Source: Planctomycetota bacterium
GTDB taxonomy: Bacteria > Planctomycetota > UBA1135 > UBA2386
DNA length: 64,000 bases
Assembly (NCBI GenBank): GCA_965228735.1
Contig: OZ245838.1
Span: forward strand, 1,312,001-1,376,000
Direction of reading: 5' to 3'
The number at the start of each line of letters is the position of its first letter. Position 1 is the first letter of the stretch. Both the position numbers and the translations under genes were made by a program. Below, piece by piece: positions 41,111 to 51,298 of this stretch. The notes beneath the pieces were generated by a model, which worked only from the letters and a program-made list of their open reading frames with translations, ran no database searches and had not been told where the DNA came from.

Positions 41111-41396
41111 GACCGACGAGCAGAGCGACGGACTCCTCCGTCGGCAACCGAAGTTGCTGGCCGCAGCACGCCGAGGTCACTCGTCGATACTCCACAACAC
41201 TCCGCGTCAACGGAATCCCGGACCCGATCGGGCCCGAGTAGGCCATTCAGGCCGTTGTTGGCACTCCCGGCCCTGTCGCCCAGCTATGCTCCCGCACCGA
41301 CCCGCTTCGGCTCTGCCGTTGCAGGCCGTGCCATTGAGACGTAGCTCGCTGTCGAGCAGCGCGCTTTGCGCGGAATCGATGCCTGGAGGTCGCGAC

Positions 41397-43742
41397 ATGG
41401 ACATGCCCGAGAGGATCGGTCACTACAGCATCCGAGGCCGTCTCGGCGACGGCGCGATGGGCGTCGTGTTCGAGGCGCGGCAGGAGAATCCGAGCCGCGA
41501 CGTGGCGCTCAAGGTCCTGCGGGGCGGGGCGTTCGTCGACGACGCCCGGCTGAAGATGTTCCAGCGCGAGGCCGAGACGCTCGCTCGGCTCCGACACCCG
41601 TGCATCGCTGCCATCTACGAGTCGGGGCACACCGACGACGGGCAGCACTTCTTCGCGATGGAACGCGTCCACGGCGAGCAGCTCGACGACTACCTGCAGC
41701 GGCGCCCGCAGCGTCCCGACAACGACGAGCTCCGGTTCCGCCTGGGCCTGTTTCGCAAGATCGTGGACGCCGTGCACTACGCGCACATGCGTGGCGTCAT
41801 CCATCGCGATCTCAAACCGTCCAACATCATGGTCGGCGATGGCGTCGACCAGCAGGGCCTGCCGGAGATCAAGGTGCTCGACTTCGGTCTGGCCCGGATC
41901 ACCGAGACCGACATGCCAGCAGCGACGGTCACGACCGAGGTCGGCGTGATCAAGGGGACGCTGCCCTACATGTCGCCCGAACAGACGCGGGGCAACCCGG
42001 ACGAGATCGATGTTCGCACCGACGTCTACGCGTTGGGCGTGATCCTCTACGAACTGCTGACCGGGCAGCGCCCCTACGAGGTGAGCAGTGGCGACATCCT
42101 CGACGCGATGCGGGTGATCTGCGACGCCCCGCCGGCGCCGGTTTCCCGGCACTGGACCGGCGTGCGCCGGCTGGATGCCGACATCGAGACCATCGTCGCC
42201 GAGGCGCTCGAGAAGGATCCCGAGCGCCGCTACGGCAGCGCCCAGGCGCTCGCCGACGACGTCGGCCGCTTCCTCAACAACGAGGCGATCAACGCCCGCC
42301 CGGCGACCGCGATCTACCAGCTCAAGAAGCTGGTCTCGCGCCACAAGGTGCCGTTCGCGTTCGTGGTGCTGTTGTTCGTGACGGTGAGCGCATTCGGCGT
42401 CTGGATGAGCGTGCTGTACGCCCGGGCCGAGGGGCTCCGCGTGGAGACCGAGGCAGCTCGCAGCTCGCTGCAGACGACCACGCAGTTCCAGCAGTCCATG
42501 CTCAGTGACATCGACGCGGAGGAGATGGGGCGCGGGATCCTCGCGGCAGAACGGGCGAGCATTCGCGAGGCCATGGCACGCGAGGGCCGCCCCCCGGACG
42601 AGATCGCACCGGCGCTGGCGTCGTTCGACGAGCTCGTGACCGGCGTCAACGCCACCGACCTGGCTCTCCAGGTCGTCGAGGACCACGTGCTCGCCCGCGC
42701 CGTCGAGACGCTCGAGCGGGACTTCGCCGACGAGCCGGTCACCCGCGCCGCGCTGCAGTACACGATCGCGATCACCTACAAGGGCCTCGGCATGTACGAA
42801 CTCGCCGTGCCCTTGCAGCAGGCCGCCCTCGCGACGCAACGCGAGGCGCTCGGCGCGGACCACGCAGCGACGCTGTCCTCGTTGAACAACATGGGCAGCC
42901 TGCTCCGACGCCAGGGCAAGCTGGAGCAGGCCATGCCCTACTACGCCGACTCGCTGGCCCGCAAGCGGCGCACCCTGGGCAACGACCATCGGGAGACCCT
43001 GCTCTCGATCAACAACATGGCGCTTCTGCTCGACTTGATGGGCCGCCCCGACGACGCCGAGCGCTACTACCGCGAGGCGCTCGCGGGCAACCGCCGGGCC
43101 CTGGGCAACGACGACCCGGAGACGATCAACACCATCAACAACCTGTGCGTGTTGCATCAACGTCATGGCCAGTCCGAGAAGGCGCTCCCCTACGCCCGCG
43201 AGGCGGTGGCGGGCCTCCGCCGCGTCGTGGGCGACGACGACCCCAGGACGCTGACCGCGATGGGCAACCTGGGGCCCATCCTGTTCACATTGGGCAAGAC
43301 GGCGGAGGCCGAGCCCTACCACCGGGACTCCCTTGCGGCCAGCCGCCGCATCCAGGGCGACAACCACCCGGAGACCATGAGGCTGCTCCACAACATGGGG
43401 CGCCTGCTCAACGCCCTCGGCGAGCACGACGAAGCCGCGAGGATCCTCGCGGACGGCGAAGCGACAGCGCGACGCACGTGGACCGGCACCCTCGCAAAGT
43501 GGCTCGGCAGCTATCTCCACCACCTCGGCGCGGCGAGGCTCGGCCTCGGCAGGCTCGCCGAGTCCGAGGCGACCCTGCTCGAAGCCCACGCCCTGCTGGT
43601 CGCGGGCTTTGGCGACGAACACCCGCGCACGCAGTTGACGGTCGAGCAGTTGAGCCAGCTGTACGACACCTGGCATCGCGCCGAACCGGGCAAGGGCTAC
43701 GACGCGACAGCCACCGAATGGCGGGCGAAGTTGGTCAGGTAG
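41397..43742 (+). CDS. Ser/Thr protein kinase with TM helix and TPR repeats
   Basis: GGAGG RBS; LGDGAMGVV, VALK, HRDLKPSN, DFGLA, GTLPYMSPEQ; LGxDHxxTLxSxNN-type TPRs. Confidence 0.95.
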   Translation: MDMPERIGHYSIRGRLGDGAMGVVFEARQENPSRDVALKVLRGGAFVDDARLKMFQREAETLARLRHPCIAAIYESGHTDDGQHFFAMERVHGEQLDDYLQRRPQRPDNDELRFRLGLFRKIVDAVHYAHMRGVIHRDLKPSNIMVGDGVDQQGLPEIKVLDFGLARITETDMPAATVTTEVGVIKGTLPYMSPEQTRGNPDEIDVRTDVYALGVILYELLTGQRPYEVSSGDILDAMRVICDAPPAPVSRHWTGVRRLDADIETIVAEALEKDPERRYGSAQALADDVGRFLNNEAINARPATAIYQLKKLVSRHKVPFAFVVLLFVTVSAFGVWMSVLYARAEGLRVETEAARSSLQTTTQFQQSMLSDIDAEEMGRGILAAERASIREAMAREGRPPDEIAPALASFDELVTGVNATDLALQVVEDHVLARAVETLERDFADEPVTRAALQYTIAITYKGLGMYELAVPLQQAALATQREALGADHAATLSSLNNMGSLLRRQGKLEQAMPYYADSLARKRRTLGNDHRETLLSINNMALLLDLMGRPDDAERYYREALAGNRRALGNDDPETINTINNLCVLHQRHGQSEKALPYAREAVAGLRRVVGDDDPRTLTAMGNLGPILFTLGKTAEAEPYHRDSLAASRRIQGDNHPETMRLLHNMGRLLNALGEHDEAARILADGEATARRTWTGTLAKWLGSYLHHLGAARLGLGRLAESEATLLEAHALLVAGFGDEHPRTQLTVEQLSQLYDTWHRAEPGKGYDATATEWRAKLVR

Positions 43743-44084
43743 GGGGCAGGGCCGCGCAACGGGGGGCGCGCAACCGGGGTCCGCGCCCCGCGGACAGCCG
43801 CTTCCGCTTCGGCAACCAACGCCTGCAGAGTGACGTTGGCACTGTCGGTGAATCGTTCCGGGCTCGATCGCGAGCGGTTCGACGTGCTGCCATCCGGGAC
43901 CACGCCGCGGTCGACCGCCGCGGCGTCGGATACTTGGGGAGGCACATTCGGGACACCGATCCGCTGCCGCAACGCACGGTGGCACTCCTGGTGCACGCTG
44001 AACTGGTAGTCTCTCGTCGGAGAACCCGACCAGAGGGCGGAGCCTGGCATGACAGAGCGAGGCCCTGCAGTCGACTACGAAGCC

Positions 44085-45440
44085 ATGCATCCATCGCTCA
44101 TCAACGCCTGCGTCATTGTCGCAATCACCGCCCCGGTCGCCTCACAAGCAACGTGGACGCAGCTCTATCCCAGTTCCTCGCCAGGGCCGCGATCGGGCGC
44201 CATGATGGCGTGCCACGAGGCCTCGAACACGATGCTCATGCTCTTTGGCAGCGGGCAATCGGACGCCTGGCAGTTCGCCGGGAACGCTTGGCTCCAGCTG
44301 ACCGGTCCGCTGCCGCCGCAGCGCGGCAGCGCCAAACTGGTATACGACTCCGCTCGGGAACGACTCGTGCTGTTCGGGGGTCGCAGCCAAGGCAACGCAT
44401 TCGATGATACCTGGGTTTGGGATGGGACGAGCTGGAGCGGGCCGCTGCTGGCGGTTCATCCGGCCGCCCGCTGGGGCCACGCCATGGCGTTCGATCGCGA
44501 CCGTGAAGTCGTGGTTCTCTACGGCGGCTTCGTGTCCACCAGCAGCTACCGCGAGGATCTCTGGGAATGGGATGGCGTGGCCTGGCAGCTGATCGCGACA
44601 ACCAACGCTCCCGGCGGCCGCTTCGACAGCAAGATGGCGTTCGACCCGAACAGTCGGAACGTGCTGCTCCATGGCGGCAGCGTGGTTGTCCAAGGTAGCG
44701 AGATTCCGGTGAACGACACGTGGACCTGGGACGGTGCGGCCTGGCAGCAGCATCAGCCAGTAACGCCTCCCACGATTCGTTTCGGTGGCGACATGGTCTG
44801 CGACCTGGACCGACGTCGGGTCTTGTTGTTCGGTGGTTCGACAGGCAACCACTTCGCGTGGGAGTGGGACGGATCTGAGTGGAGCATCGTCTTGCAGGCA
44901 TCGCCGAGCGAGCGCAGCGGGCACGCGATGGCCTACGACAGCGCGAACCGCCGGACGGTGCTCCATGGGGGCAATTGGCTGGGCAGTTCGAGCTGGACTC
45001 TCAGCGACACTTGGGTGTTCGAATCGGCGCATCCGGCGACCGTCACCCCATACGGTTCCGGTTGCGCGGGCGTTGCCGGAGCACCGGACCTGGCGGCCGA
45101 TGCCTACGCGCTACCCTGGCTCGGCGACACAGCTCGCAACCGCGTCACGAACCTGGACCCGGCCGGCAGCGCCGTCTTCTTCGCGACCGGGCTCGATCCG
45201 TCAGCCCCGGTTTCGCTGGCGCCGTTCGGGATGCCGGGTTGCGACCAACTCGTGACCCCTGCGGCCGTCGAGCTGGCCGCCGCCAGCAACGGCGAAGCGA
45301 CATGGTCCCTGATGATCCCAACGTCGACGTCCTTCGCTGGCGTACAGTTGTTCCAGCAGGTGGCGGCGCTCGATCCCGCTGCCAACGCCGCCGGGCTGAC
45401 GGTCAGCAACGGCGTCGAGATGACGATCGGGATTCGCTGA
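44085..45440 (+). CDS. Secreted kelch-like beta-propeller protein with the shared C-terminal domain
   Basis: Repeats MAxDxxRxxxVLFGG...DTWxWDGxxW; CTD from about 45033. Confidence 0.9.
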   Translation: MHPSLINACVIVAITAPVASQATWTQLYPSSSPGPRSGAMMACHEASNTMLMLFGSGQSDAWQFAGNAWLQLTGPLPPQRGSAKLVYDSARERLVLFGGRSQGNAFDDTWVWDGTSWSGPLLAVHPAARWGHAMAFDRDREVVVLYGGFVSTSSYREDLWEWDGVAWQLIATTNAPGGRFDSKMAFDPNSRNVLLHGGSVVVQGSEIPVNDTWTWDGAAWQQHQPVTPPTIRFGGDMVCDLDRRRVLLFGGSTGNHFAWEWDGSEWSIVLQASPSERSGHAMAYDSANRRTVLHGGNWLGSSSWTLSDTWVFESAHPATVTPYGSGCAGVAGAPDLAADAYALPWLGDTARNRVTNLDPAGSAVFFATGLDPSAPVSLAPFGMPGCDQLVTPAAVELAAASNGEATWSLMIPTSTSFAGVQLFQQVAALDPAANAAGLTVSNGVEMTIGIR

Positions 45441-45590
45441 TCGCGACTGGCGGCATTTCGACTGCGGCCGTGGTCAGGACACGGTCACCGGCCGCGGCCC
45501 GAAGGGCAGCAGCGGCACGCCCCCGGCACCCGACCACGCGGGGGAGCCGATACCCATTCGCGTTCTGCGCGCCCGCCACGTATCACCGCA

Positions 45591-47618
45591 GTGCTGAAGC
45601 CTGCCCGTTCCCCACTCTTCGTTACGAACGCCCTGCGGTTCACCGGCCCGTTGGCGATCACTGCCGCGTTCGCCGCCACTCTTTCCGCCCAAACCGATTG
45701 GCCCCGAACCGATTGGCCCCAGTATCGGGGCGTCCACGGCGACGGGGTGGCCGCACCGCAGCAGATCCTGCAGGCCTGGGGCCCCGAAGGCCCGCCCGAG
45801 CTCTGGCGGCGGGAGTTCGGCACGGGATTCTCCACCGTGGCGTCGGTCGGCGACCGGCTCTACACGATGGGCGCACCGGCCGAACTCGAGGAAGCGTTCT
45901 GCCTCGACGCACGAACGGGCGAGACCATCTGGCGCGTTCCGCTCGGACCGCGCTTTGCCGATCAGTTCGGCGACGGTCCGCGCGCGACCCCCACCGTCGA
46001 CGGCGACACGGTCTTTGCGGTGTCGTCGACCATGCAACTCGCCGCGATCACCGCGACGGACGGCGAAGTCCGATGGCAGAAGGACCTGCTGACGGAGTTC
46101 GCCCTCGAGCAGCCGCGCTTCGGATTCTCGGCCTCGGTGGTCGTGGTCGGGGACCGGGCCGTGCTCGAGGTCGGCGCCGGCGAGGGCAAGGCCGTCATCG
46201 CGTTCGCGCGCGCGACCGGCGACATCGTGTGGACCGCGCTCGACGGCAAGCCGAGCAAGTCGACCCCGCTGCTGGCGGAGCTCGACGGCGTGCCACAGCT
46301 GATCTTCAACCGCCCGTCGGAGATGGCAGCGCTGTCGCTCGACGGCGAGGTGCTGTGGACGCACGAGGCGGGGCGGGACACCATCGCGATGGCCCACATC
46401 GTGCCACCCGACGTCGTTCTCACGTCGTCGGCCTACATGGGCAAGGGCACCGAAGCGGTACGAGTGAGCCGCACGGGCGAGGAATTCACGACCGAGCGCG
46501 CCTGGGTGAACCGGCGCTTTCGCAACCACTTCAACAACTCGGTCCTCGTCGGCGGTCACCTGTACGGGTTCGACAACTCGACGCTCCGCTGCCTCGATGC
46601 CGTGACCGGCGAGCTCGCGTGGTCGAAGCGAGGTTTCGGCAAGGGCTCGCTGATCGCGTGCAGCGACCTGTTGTTCGTGCTCGGCGATCAGGGCGTCCTG
46701 GCGCTCGTTGCCGCCGATCCCGAGCGCTTCCGCGAGCTCGGGCGCGTGCAGGCAATGCAGGACGGTGCCGGACGCTGCTGGACCTCACCGACCCTCGCCT
46801 CGGGGCGGCTGTTCGTTCGCAACCTCGAGGAGATCGTGGCCTACGACGTGCGCGCGGCGGCGACGACGGTGACGCCGACGCCGCCAACCGCGATCGCGAT
46901 GCCGGACGGCGACACCACGAAGCCGACGTCGGCAGCGAACGCCGAGTTGCAGCTGCCCGAGATTCTCCGACGCTACGCCGAGGCTCGTGGCGGCCTCGAC
47001 CGGTGGCGCGAGGTCCGCACCCTCGAGATGCAGGGCACGTTCCGGGCCTTCAGCGAGAGCGGCCCGTTCACGCTGCAGCGCCGCCGCGAGGACCTGTACC
47101 GGTTCGAGTACGCCATGGGCGACAACATGGACGCCCGTGGTCGCGACCGTGAGGGCCTGTGGTGGCGCTACCACCTGTTCCAGGTCACGGAGCCCGCCAG
47201 GGTCGAGGCCGCCCCCTACCATCGCCAGATGAAGCGCGAGTCGATGTTCGAACCCGCACTGCTCGGCGCCGCGGAGAAGGGGATCCAGGTCAAACGCGTC
47301 GGCCGCGGCAACGTCGACGGTCAACCGACGATCGAACTCGAGCTGACGTTTCCCGACGAGTCGAAGGAAACGTGGCACCTGCACCCCGAGACGTTCCTCG
47401 CGGTCGCGATCGATTCGACGGTCGTCGACATGACCCAGACTCGCGAGCCGATGTCGATGCGAACGTTCTGCTCCGACTTCCGCACCGTCGACGGCCTCGT
47501 GCTGCCGTTCCGGACCGCGATGGAGTTCGGGGCCCGACTCGAGGAGATCGAGGTCGATCGCGTGACCGTGAATCCGGAGCTCGATGCGGCGGCGTTCGAC
47601 ATGGCGCGCAAGAAGTAG
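45591..47618 (+). CDS. PQQ-like/BamB-type beta-propeller fused to a C-terminal LolA-like beta domain
   Basis: DWPQYRG, CLDARTGETIW, GPRATP, WTSPTLASGRLFVR; then YAEARGG...SDFRTVDGLVLPF...VNPELDAAAF. Confidence 0.85.
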   Translation: MLKPARSPLFVTNALRFTGPLAITAAFAATLSAQTDWPRTDWPQYRGVHGDGVAAPQQILQAWGPEGPPELWRREFGTGFSTVASVGDRLYTMGAPAELEEAFCLDARTGETIWRVPLGPRFADQFGDGPRATPTVDGDTVFAVSSTMQLAAITATDGEVRWQKDLLTEFALEQPRFGFSASVVVVGDRAVLEVGAGEGKAVIAFARATGDIVWTALDGKPSKSTPLLAELDGVPQLIFNRPSEMAALSLDGEVLWTHEAGRDTIAMAHIVPPDVVLTSSAYMGKGTEAVRVSRTGEEFTTERAWVNRRFRNHFNNSVLVGGHLYGFDNSTLRCLDAVTGELAWSKRGFGKGSLIACSDLLFVLGDQGVLALVAADPERFRELGRVQAMQDGAGRCWTSPTLASGRLFVRNLEEIVAYDVRAAATTVTPTPPTAIAMPDGDTTKPTSAANAELQLPEILRRYAEARGGLDRWREVRTLEMQGTFRAFSESGPFTLQRRREDLYRFEYAMGDNMDARGRDREGLWWRYHLFQVTEPARVEAAPYHRQMKRESMFEPALLGAAEKGIQVKRVGRGNVDGQPTIELELTFPDESKETWHLHPETFLAVAIDSTVVDMTQTREPMSMRTFCSDFRTVDGLVLPFRTAMEFGARLEEIEVDRVTVNPELDAAAFDMARKK

Positions 47619-47711
47619 GCGAACGCGCGGCGCCGCGCGGTGCCACCCTGGGCCCCACGACGACGGAAGCGGCTTGCTGCCGTGGCCGCCAACCGGCACC
47701 GTGTCCGGGCG

Positions 47712-48059
47712 ATGAAGACACCGGCAACCTCGATCGTGCTGTTCGTGCTCGCGGCCCTGTTCGGCGCCGTCGGCCAGTACCTCTACAAGAGCGGCGCCGA
47801 CAAGGCGACGGGATCGGTGGCCTCGTACCTGCTCAACCCCCGCCTGCTCGGCGGCGTGGTCTGCTACGTCGCCGTGATGGTGCTGTTCGTCGCGGCGTTC
47901 AAGCGCGGCGGCTCGCTGAGCGTGCTGTATCCGGTCTACGCCAGCACGTTCATCTTCGCGGCGATCCTGGCGTGGTTCGCCTACGGGGAGCCGATCAAGC
48001 TGGTCAACGTCGTCGGGATGGCTACTCTCGTTCTCGGGATGTACCTGATGGGCCGCTGA
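47712..48059 (+). CDS. Small EamA/SMR-like (ArnE/F-type) 4-TM protein
   Basis: 115 aa; GAVGQYLYK, LSVLYP, GEPI. Confidence 0.85.
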   Translation: MKTPATSIVLFVLAALFGAVGQYLYKSGADKATGSVASYLLNPRLLGGVVCYVAVMVLFVAAFKRGGSLSVLYPVYASTFIFAAILAWFAYGEPIKLVNVVGMATLVLGMYLMGR

Positions 48060-48072
48060 GCCGAGAGCCACT

Positions 48073-48750
48073 GTGGGTGAGCGCCGACCGATCGCGACAC
48101 GAGAGCTGAAGATCAGCAAGCGGCTGGCCGCGAGCCTGGCGGCGGCCGGCTGCACGCCGAACGGCATCTCGGTGGCCGGCATGATCGCGGGCGTGCTCGC
48201 CGGAGCGGCGTTCTGGGCGACCGATGCCTCCTCCGGCGCTGCGTCGTCCGGCGCTGACTGGTCCGATTGGGGGCGGCTGTGGTTCGTCCTCGGGGCCGTG
48301 CTCGTGCAACTGCGGCTGCTGGCGAACATGCTCGACGGCATGGTCGCGGTGGAGAACGACCTCACCTCGCCGGTGGGCGAGCTCTACAACGAGGTCCCGG
48401 ACCGCGTCGCGGACGTCGCGATCCTCGTCGGCTTCGGCCACGCCGCGGGCGGCTGGCCGGTGATGGGCTACCTCGCAGCGATCGCGGCGATGATGACGGC
48501 CTACGTGCGCGCGCAGATCGTCGTCGCCGGCGGCCCGCAGGACTTCTGCGGGCCGATGGCCAAGCCTCAGCGCATGTTCGCAGTGACCGTCGCGGCGCTC
48601 TGGTGTGGGCTGTTGCCGACGTCCTGGCAACCCGCCATCGCGGGCCTCGCCCTGCCGGCGCTGATGCTCACCCTGGTCGCCGCTGGCGCGGCCGTGACCG
48701 CCGGACGGCGGCTCGTCCGCGGCGCCCGCGTTCTGAGGAACACGCGATGA
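48073..48750 (+). CDS. CDP-alcohol phosphatidyltransferase family protein (YnbA-like)
   Basis: TPNGIS, NMLDGMVA...GELYNEVPDRVAD, GPMAKPQR. Confidence 0.92.
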   Translation: MGERRPIATRELKISKRLAASLAAAGCTPNGISVAGMIAGVLAGAAFWATDASSGAASSGADWSDWGRLWFVLGAVLVQLRLLANMLDGMVAVENDLTSPVGELYNEVPDRVADVAILVGFGHAAGGWPVMGYLAAIAAMMTAYVRAQIVVAGGPQDFCGPMAKPQRMFAVTVAALWCGLLPTSWQPAIAGLALPALMLTLVAAGAAVTAGRRLVRGARVLRNTR

Positions 48751-49736
48751 ACGAGCGCCTGTTCGGGTGGAGCCATGCCTTCGACCACCCGGTCACGGTC
48801 TGGATCACCGGCGTGATCACCGGCCTGCTGCTGCTCGCGCCGGTGCTCATCCGCATCGCCTCCGGTCGCGCGTCGATGACGCCCGAGGCGCGGCGGGAAC
48901 TCTGGAGCCGCTACCGCTCGTGGCTGGTGCTCGCACCGCTCATGGTCGCGCCGATCCTGCTCGGCGCGTTCTGGACGATGTTCGTCGCCGCCCTGCTCGC
49001 GTTGCTGTGCTACCGGGAGTTCGCGCGCATGACCGGAGCGTTTCGCGACCGACTGGTCAGCCTGGTCGTCGTGCTCGGCATCCTGCTGGTGTTCTTCGCC
49101 ACGCTCGATCACTGGTACGGCCTGTTCGTCGCGGCCTTTCCGTTGGCCGTCGTCGCGATCTGCATCGCCGGCCTGCTGACCGATGCGCCGAAGGGCTACC
49201 TGCAGCGGGTCGCCCTCGGTGTCCTCGCGTTCATGATGTGCGGCGCCGGCTTCGGCCACTTCGCCTACTTCGCCAACGACCCCGACTACCGCCCGGTGAT
49301 GCTCATGCTCGTCGTCGGCATCCAGCTCAACGACGTCTTCGCGTTCTGCGCCGGCAAGCTGTTCGGCCGCACGAAGTTCGTGCCCAACACCAGCCCGAAC
49401 AAGACGCTCGGCGGCGCCGTCGGTGCGGCGCTGCTGACGATGCCGATGGTCGCCGGCATCGCGCACTTCACGTTCCGTGGCACGGGGGTCGACGAGCTCC
49501 ACCTGCTCCTGCTCCTCGGCCTGATCGTCAGCGTCCTCGGCCAGCTCGGCGACCTGATGCTGTCGGCGATCAAACGCGACGTCGGCATCAAGGACACCGG
49601 CTCACTGATCCCGGGCCACGGCGGCCTGCTCGACCGCTTCGACAGCACGTTGCTCGTCGCCCCGGCCGCGTTTCACTACGTCGGCTACCACGTCGGCATC
49701 GGGCTCGACGAGCCGGTGCGCATCCTCACGGGATGA
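48747..49736 (+). CDS. Phosphatidate cytidylyltransferase (YnbB/CdsA family)
   Basis: SPNKTLGG, GDLMLSAIKRDVGIKDTGSLIPGHGGLLDRFDS; ATGA overlap with the upstream gene. Confidence 0.95.
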   Translation: MNERLFGWSHAFDHPVTVWITGVITGLLLLAPVLIRIASGRASMTPEARRELWSRYRSWLVLAPLMVAPILLGAFWTMFVAALLALLCYREFARMTGAFRDRLVSLVVVLGILLVFFATLDHWYGLFVAAFPLAVVAICIAGLLTDAPKGYLQRVALGVLAFMMCGAGFGHFAYFANDPDYRPVMLMLVVGIQLNDVFAFCAGKLFGRTKFVPNTSPNKTLGGAVGAALLTMPMVAGIAHFTFRGTGVDELHLLLLLGLIVSVLGQLGDLMLSAIKRDVGIKDTGSLIPGHGGLLDRFDSTLLVAPAAFHYVGYHVGIGLDEPVRILTG

Positions 49737-50491
49737 GCGAGGACCAGGAACGCAACGACTGGAAACTGAAGCCGGCGGCCGATCTCGGCATGGCGGCCGG
49801 CGAGCGTGTGCGCAGCCTGCGCCGCGAGCGCGGACTGATCGATACCGCGATGGGCTTCGCCTGGTGGGGCGCGATGCGGTCCTACCTGCGGCTCTACCAT
49901 CGGCTGCGCATCGTCGGCGCCGAGCACCTGCCGACGAGGCCGCCGTTCGTGCTCGTCGCCAATCACTCGAGCCACCTCGACGCGATGACGCTCGCGAGCG
50001 TTCTGACCCGCCGCGTGCGGCACTGCGTCTACCCGATCGCCGCCGGCGACCACTTCTTCGAATCGCCCGCGCTCGCGACGTTCGCCGCGTTCGTGCTGAA
50101 CGCGCTGCCGATGTGGCGGCGCAGCGCCGGTCGCTACGCGCTGCAGCAGCTGCGCGAACGGCTGGTCACCGAACCGTGCGGCTACGTGCTCTTCCCCGAA
50201 GGAACGCGGAGCCGGTCCGGCGAGATCGGGCGGTTCAAGCCGGGCATCGGCATGCTGCTCGCGGGTGTGCAGGTGCCACTCACGCCGTGCTACCTGCACG
50301 GCGCCTTTGATGCGTTGCCGCACGACCGCCGGTTGCCGCGCCCGCGCCGCCTCGAGCTGCGGGTCGGAGCACCGCTCTCGTTCGAAAGCGTGGCCAACGA
50401 TCGTGAAGGTTGGAGCGCGGTCGCCCGCGCCGCCGAGGACGCGGTCCGAGAACTCGCGAGCCCGGTTGGTCGCAACAACGTCGCGCGCTGA
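49733..50491 (+). CDS. Lysophospholipid acyltransferase (PlsC family)
   Basis: NHSSHLD and FPEGTRS; ATGA overlap. Confidence 0.94.
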   Translation: MSEDQERNDWKLKPAADLGMAAGERVRSLRRERGLIDTAMGFAWWGAMRSYLRLYHRLRIVGAEHLPTRPPFVLVANHSSHLDAMTLASVLTRRVRHCVYPIAAGDHFFESPALATFAAFVLNALPMWRRSAGRYALQQLRERLVTEPCGYVLFPEGTRSRSGEIGRFKPGIGMLLAGVQVPLTPCYLHGAFDALPHDRRLPRPRRLELRVGAPLSFESVANDREGWSAVARAAEDAVRELASPVGRNNVAR

Positions 50492-50533
50492 TCGCCCCCC
50501 CACATGCCCGCGCGATAGGATCACGGCGACCTG

Positions 50534-51247
50534 ATGAGCACCCGAGCGACAGCGACAGCGACATCGAACCGAGCGCGCGCTCACGGCGGCACCCCGGCCG
50601 AGCCGAGCCGGCCGCGACGATCGCTCCTCCGCCACCTGCCGGCCGCGGGCGTCCTCGTCGCTCTCGCCACCTTCGCGGCGGCGGCAGCGCGCTACCCCGG
50701 GGGCACCCACCTCGCACGGGACACCGTCGGGTTTCGGCTGGCCGAGAACTTCGTCTGCTCGCTGTTCGCGCCGCAGGCGCTGAATGGCGCCACGAACGAA
50801 GCCCGGCCGCTGGCGATCGTCGCGCTGCTCATCGTCTGCGTGAGCCTGGGCGTCACGTTCTTCCTCATCTCACGCAGCACCGCGTCCCGCGCCCACAGGA
50901 AGACGATCGAGATCGCGGGCATCGCCACGGCGGTCTACACGGGCTTCGTCGCGACACCGATGCACGACCTCGTGGTCAGCATCGGGCTCGCTTTCGCCGT
51001 CGCCGCGTTCCTCGCGATCACCCACCTGATGCGGCGTGAGGGCCGCGCCCTGCTGATGTGGTTCGGCATCGCCGTGCTCGCGCTGAAGGCGATGAGCGCG
51101 GTGAGCTACTACGGAAACGTGTGCTACGACTGGCTGCCCATGCTGCAGAAGGTCGGCATCGCAGCAGGCCTGCTGTGGCTGTTCGGCGTCTACTACCGCG
51201 ACGCGCGCCGATCCGGCGGACCGCCTTCGACCGACTCGACACTCTGA
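50534..51247 (+). CDS. Hypothetical membrane protein (about 6 TM)
   Basis: YPGG...NFVCSLF...NGATN motif followed by hydrophobic helices. Confidence 0.75.
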   Translation: MSTRATATATSNRARAHGGTPAEPSRPRRSLLRHLPAAGVLVALATFAAAAARYPGGTHLARDTVGFRLAENFVCSLFAPQALNGATNEARPLAIVALLIVCVSLGVTFFLISRSTASRAHRKTIEIAGIATAVYTGFVATPMHDLVVSIGLAFAVAAFLAITHLMRREGRALLMWFGIAVLALKAMSAVSYYGNVCYDWLPMLQKVGIAAGLLWLFGVYYRDARRSGGPPSTDSTL

Positions 51248-51298
51248 AGTCGCCGGGTCGGAACGGCATCGCCAACGGGAACCCCGTTCGTTTCGCGT

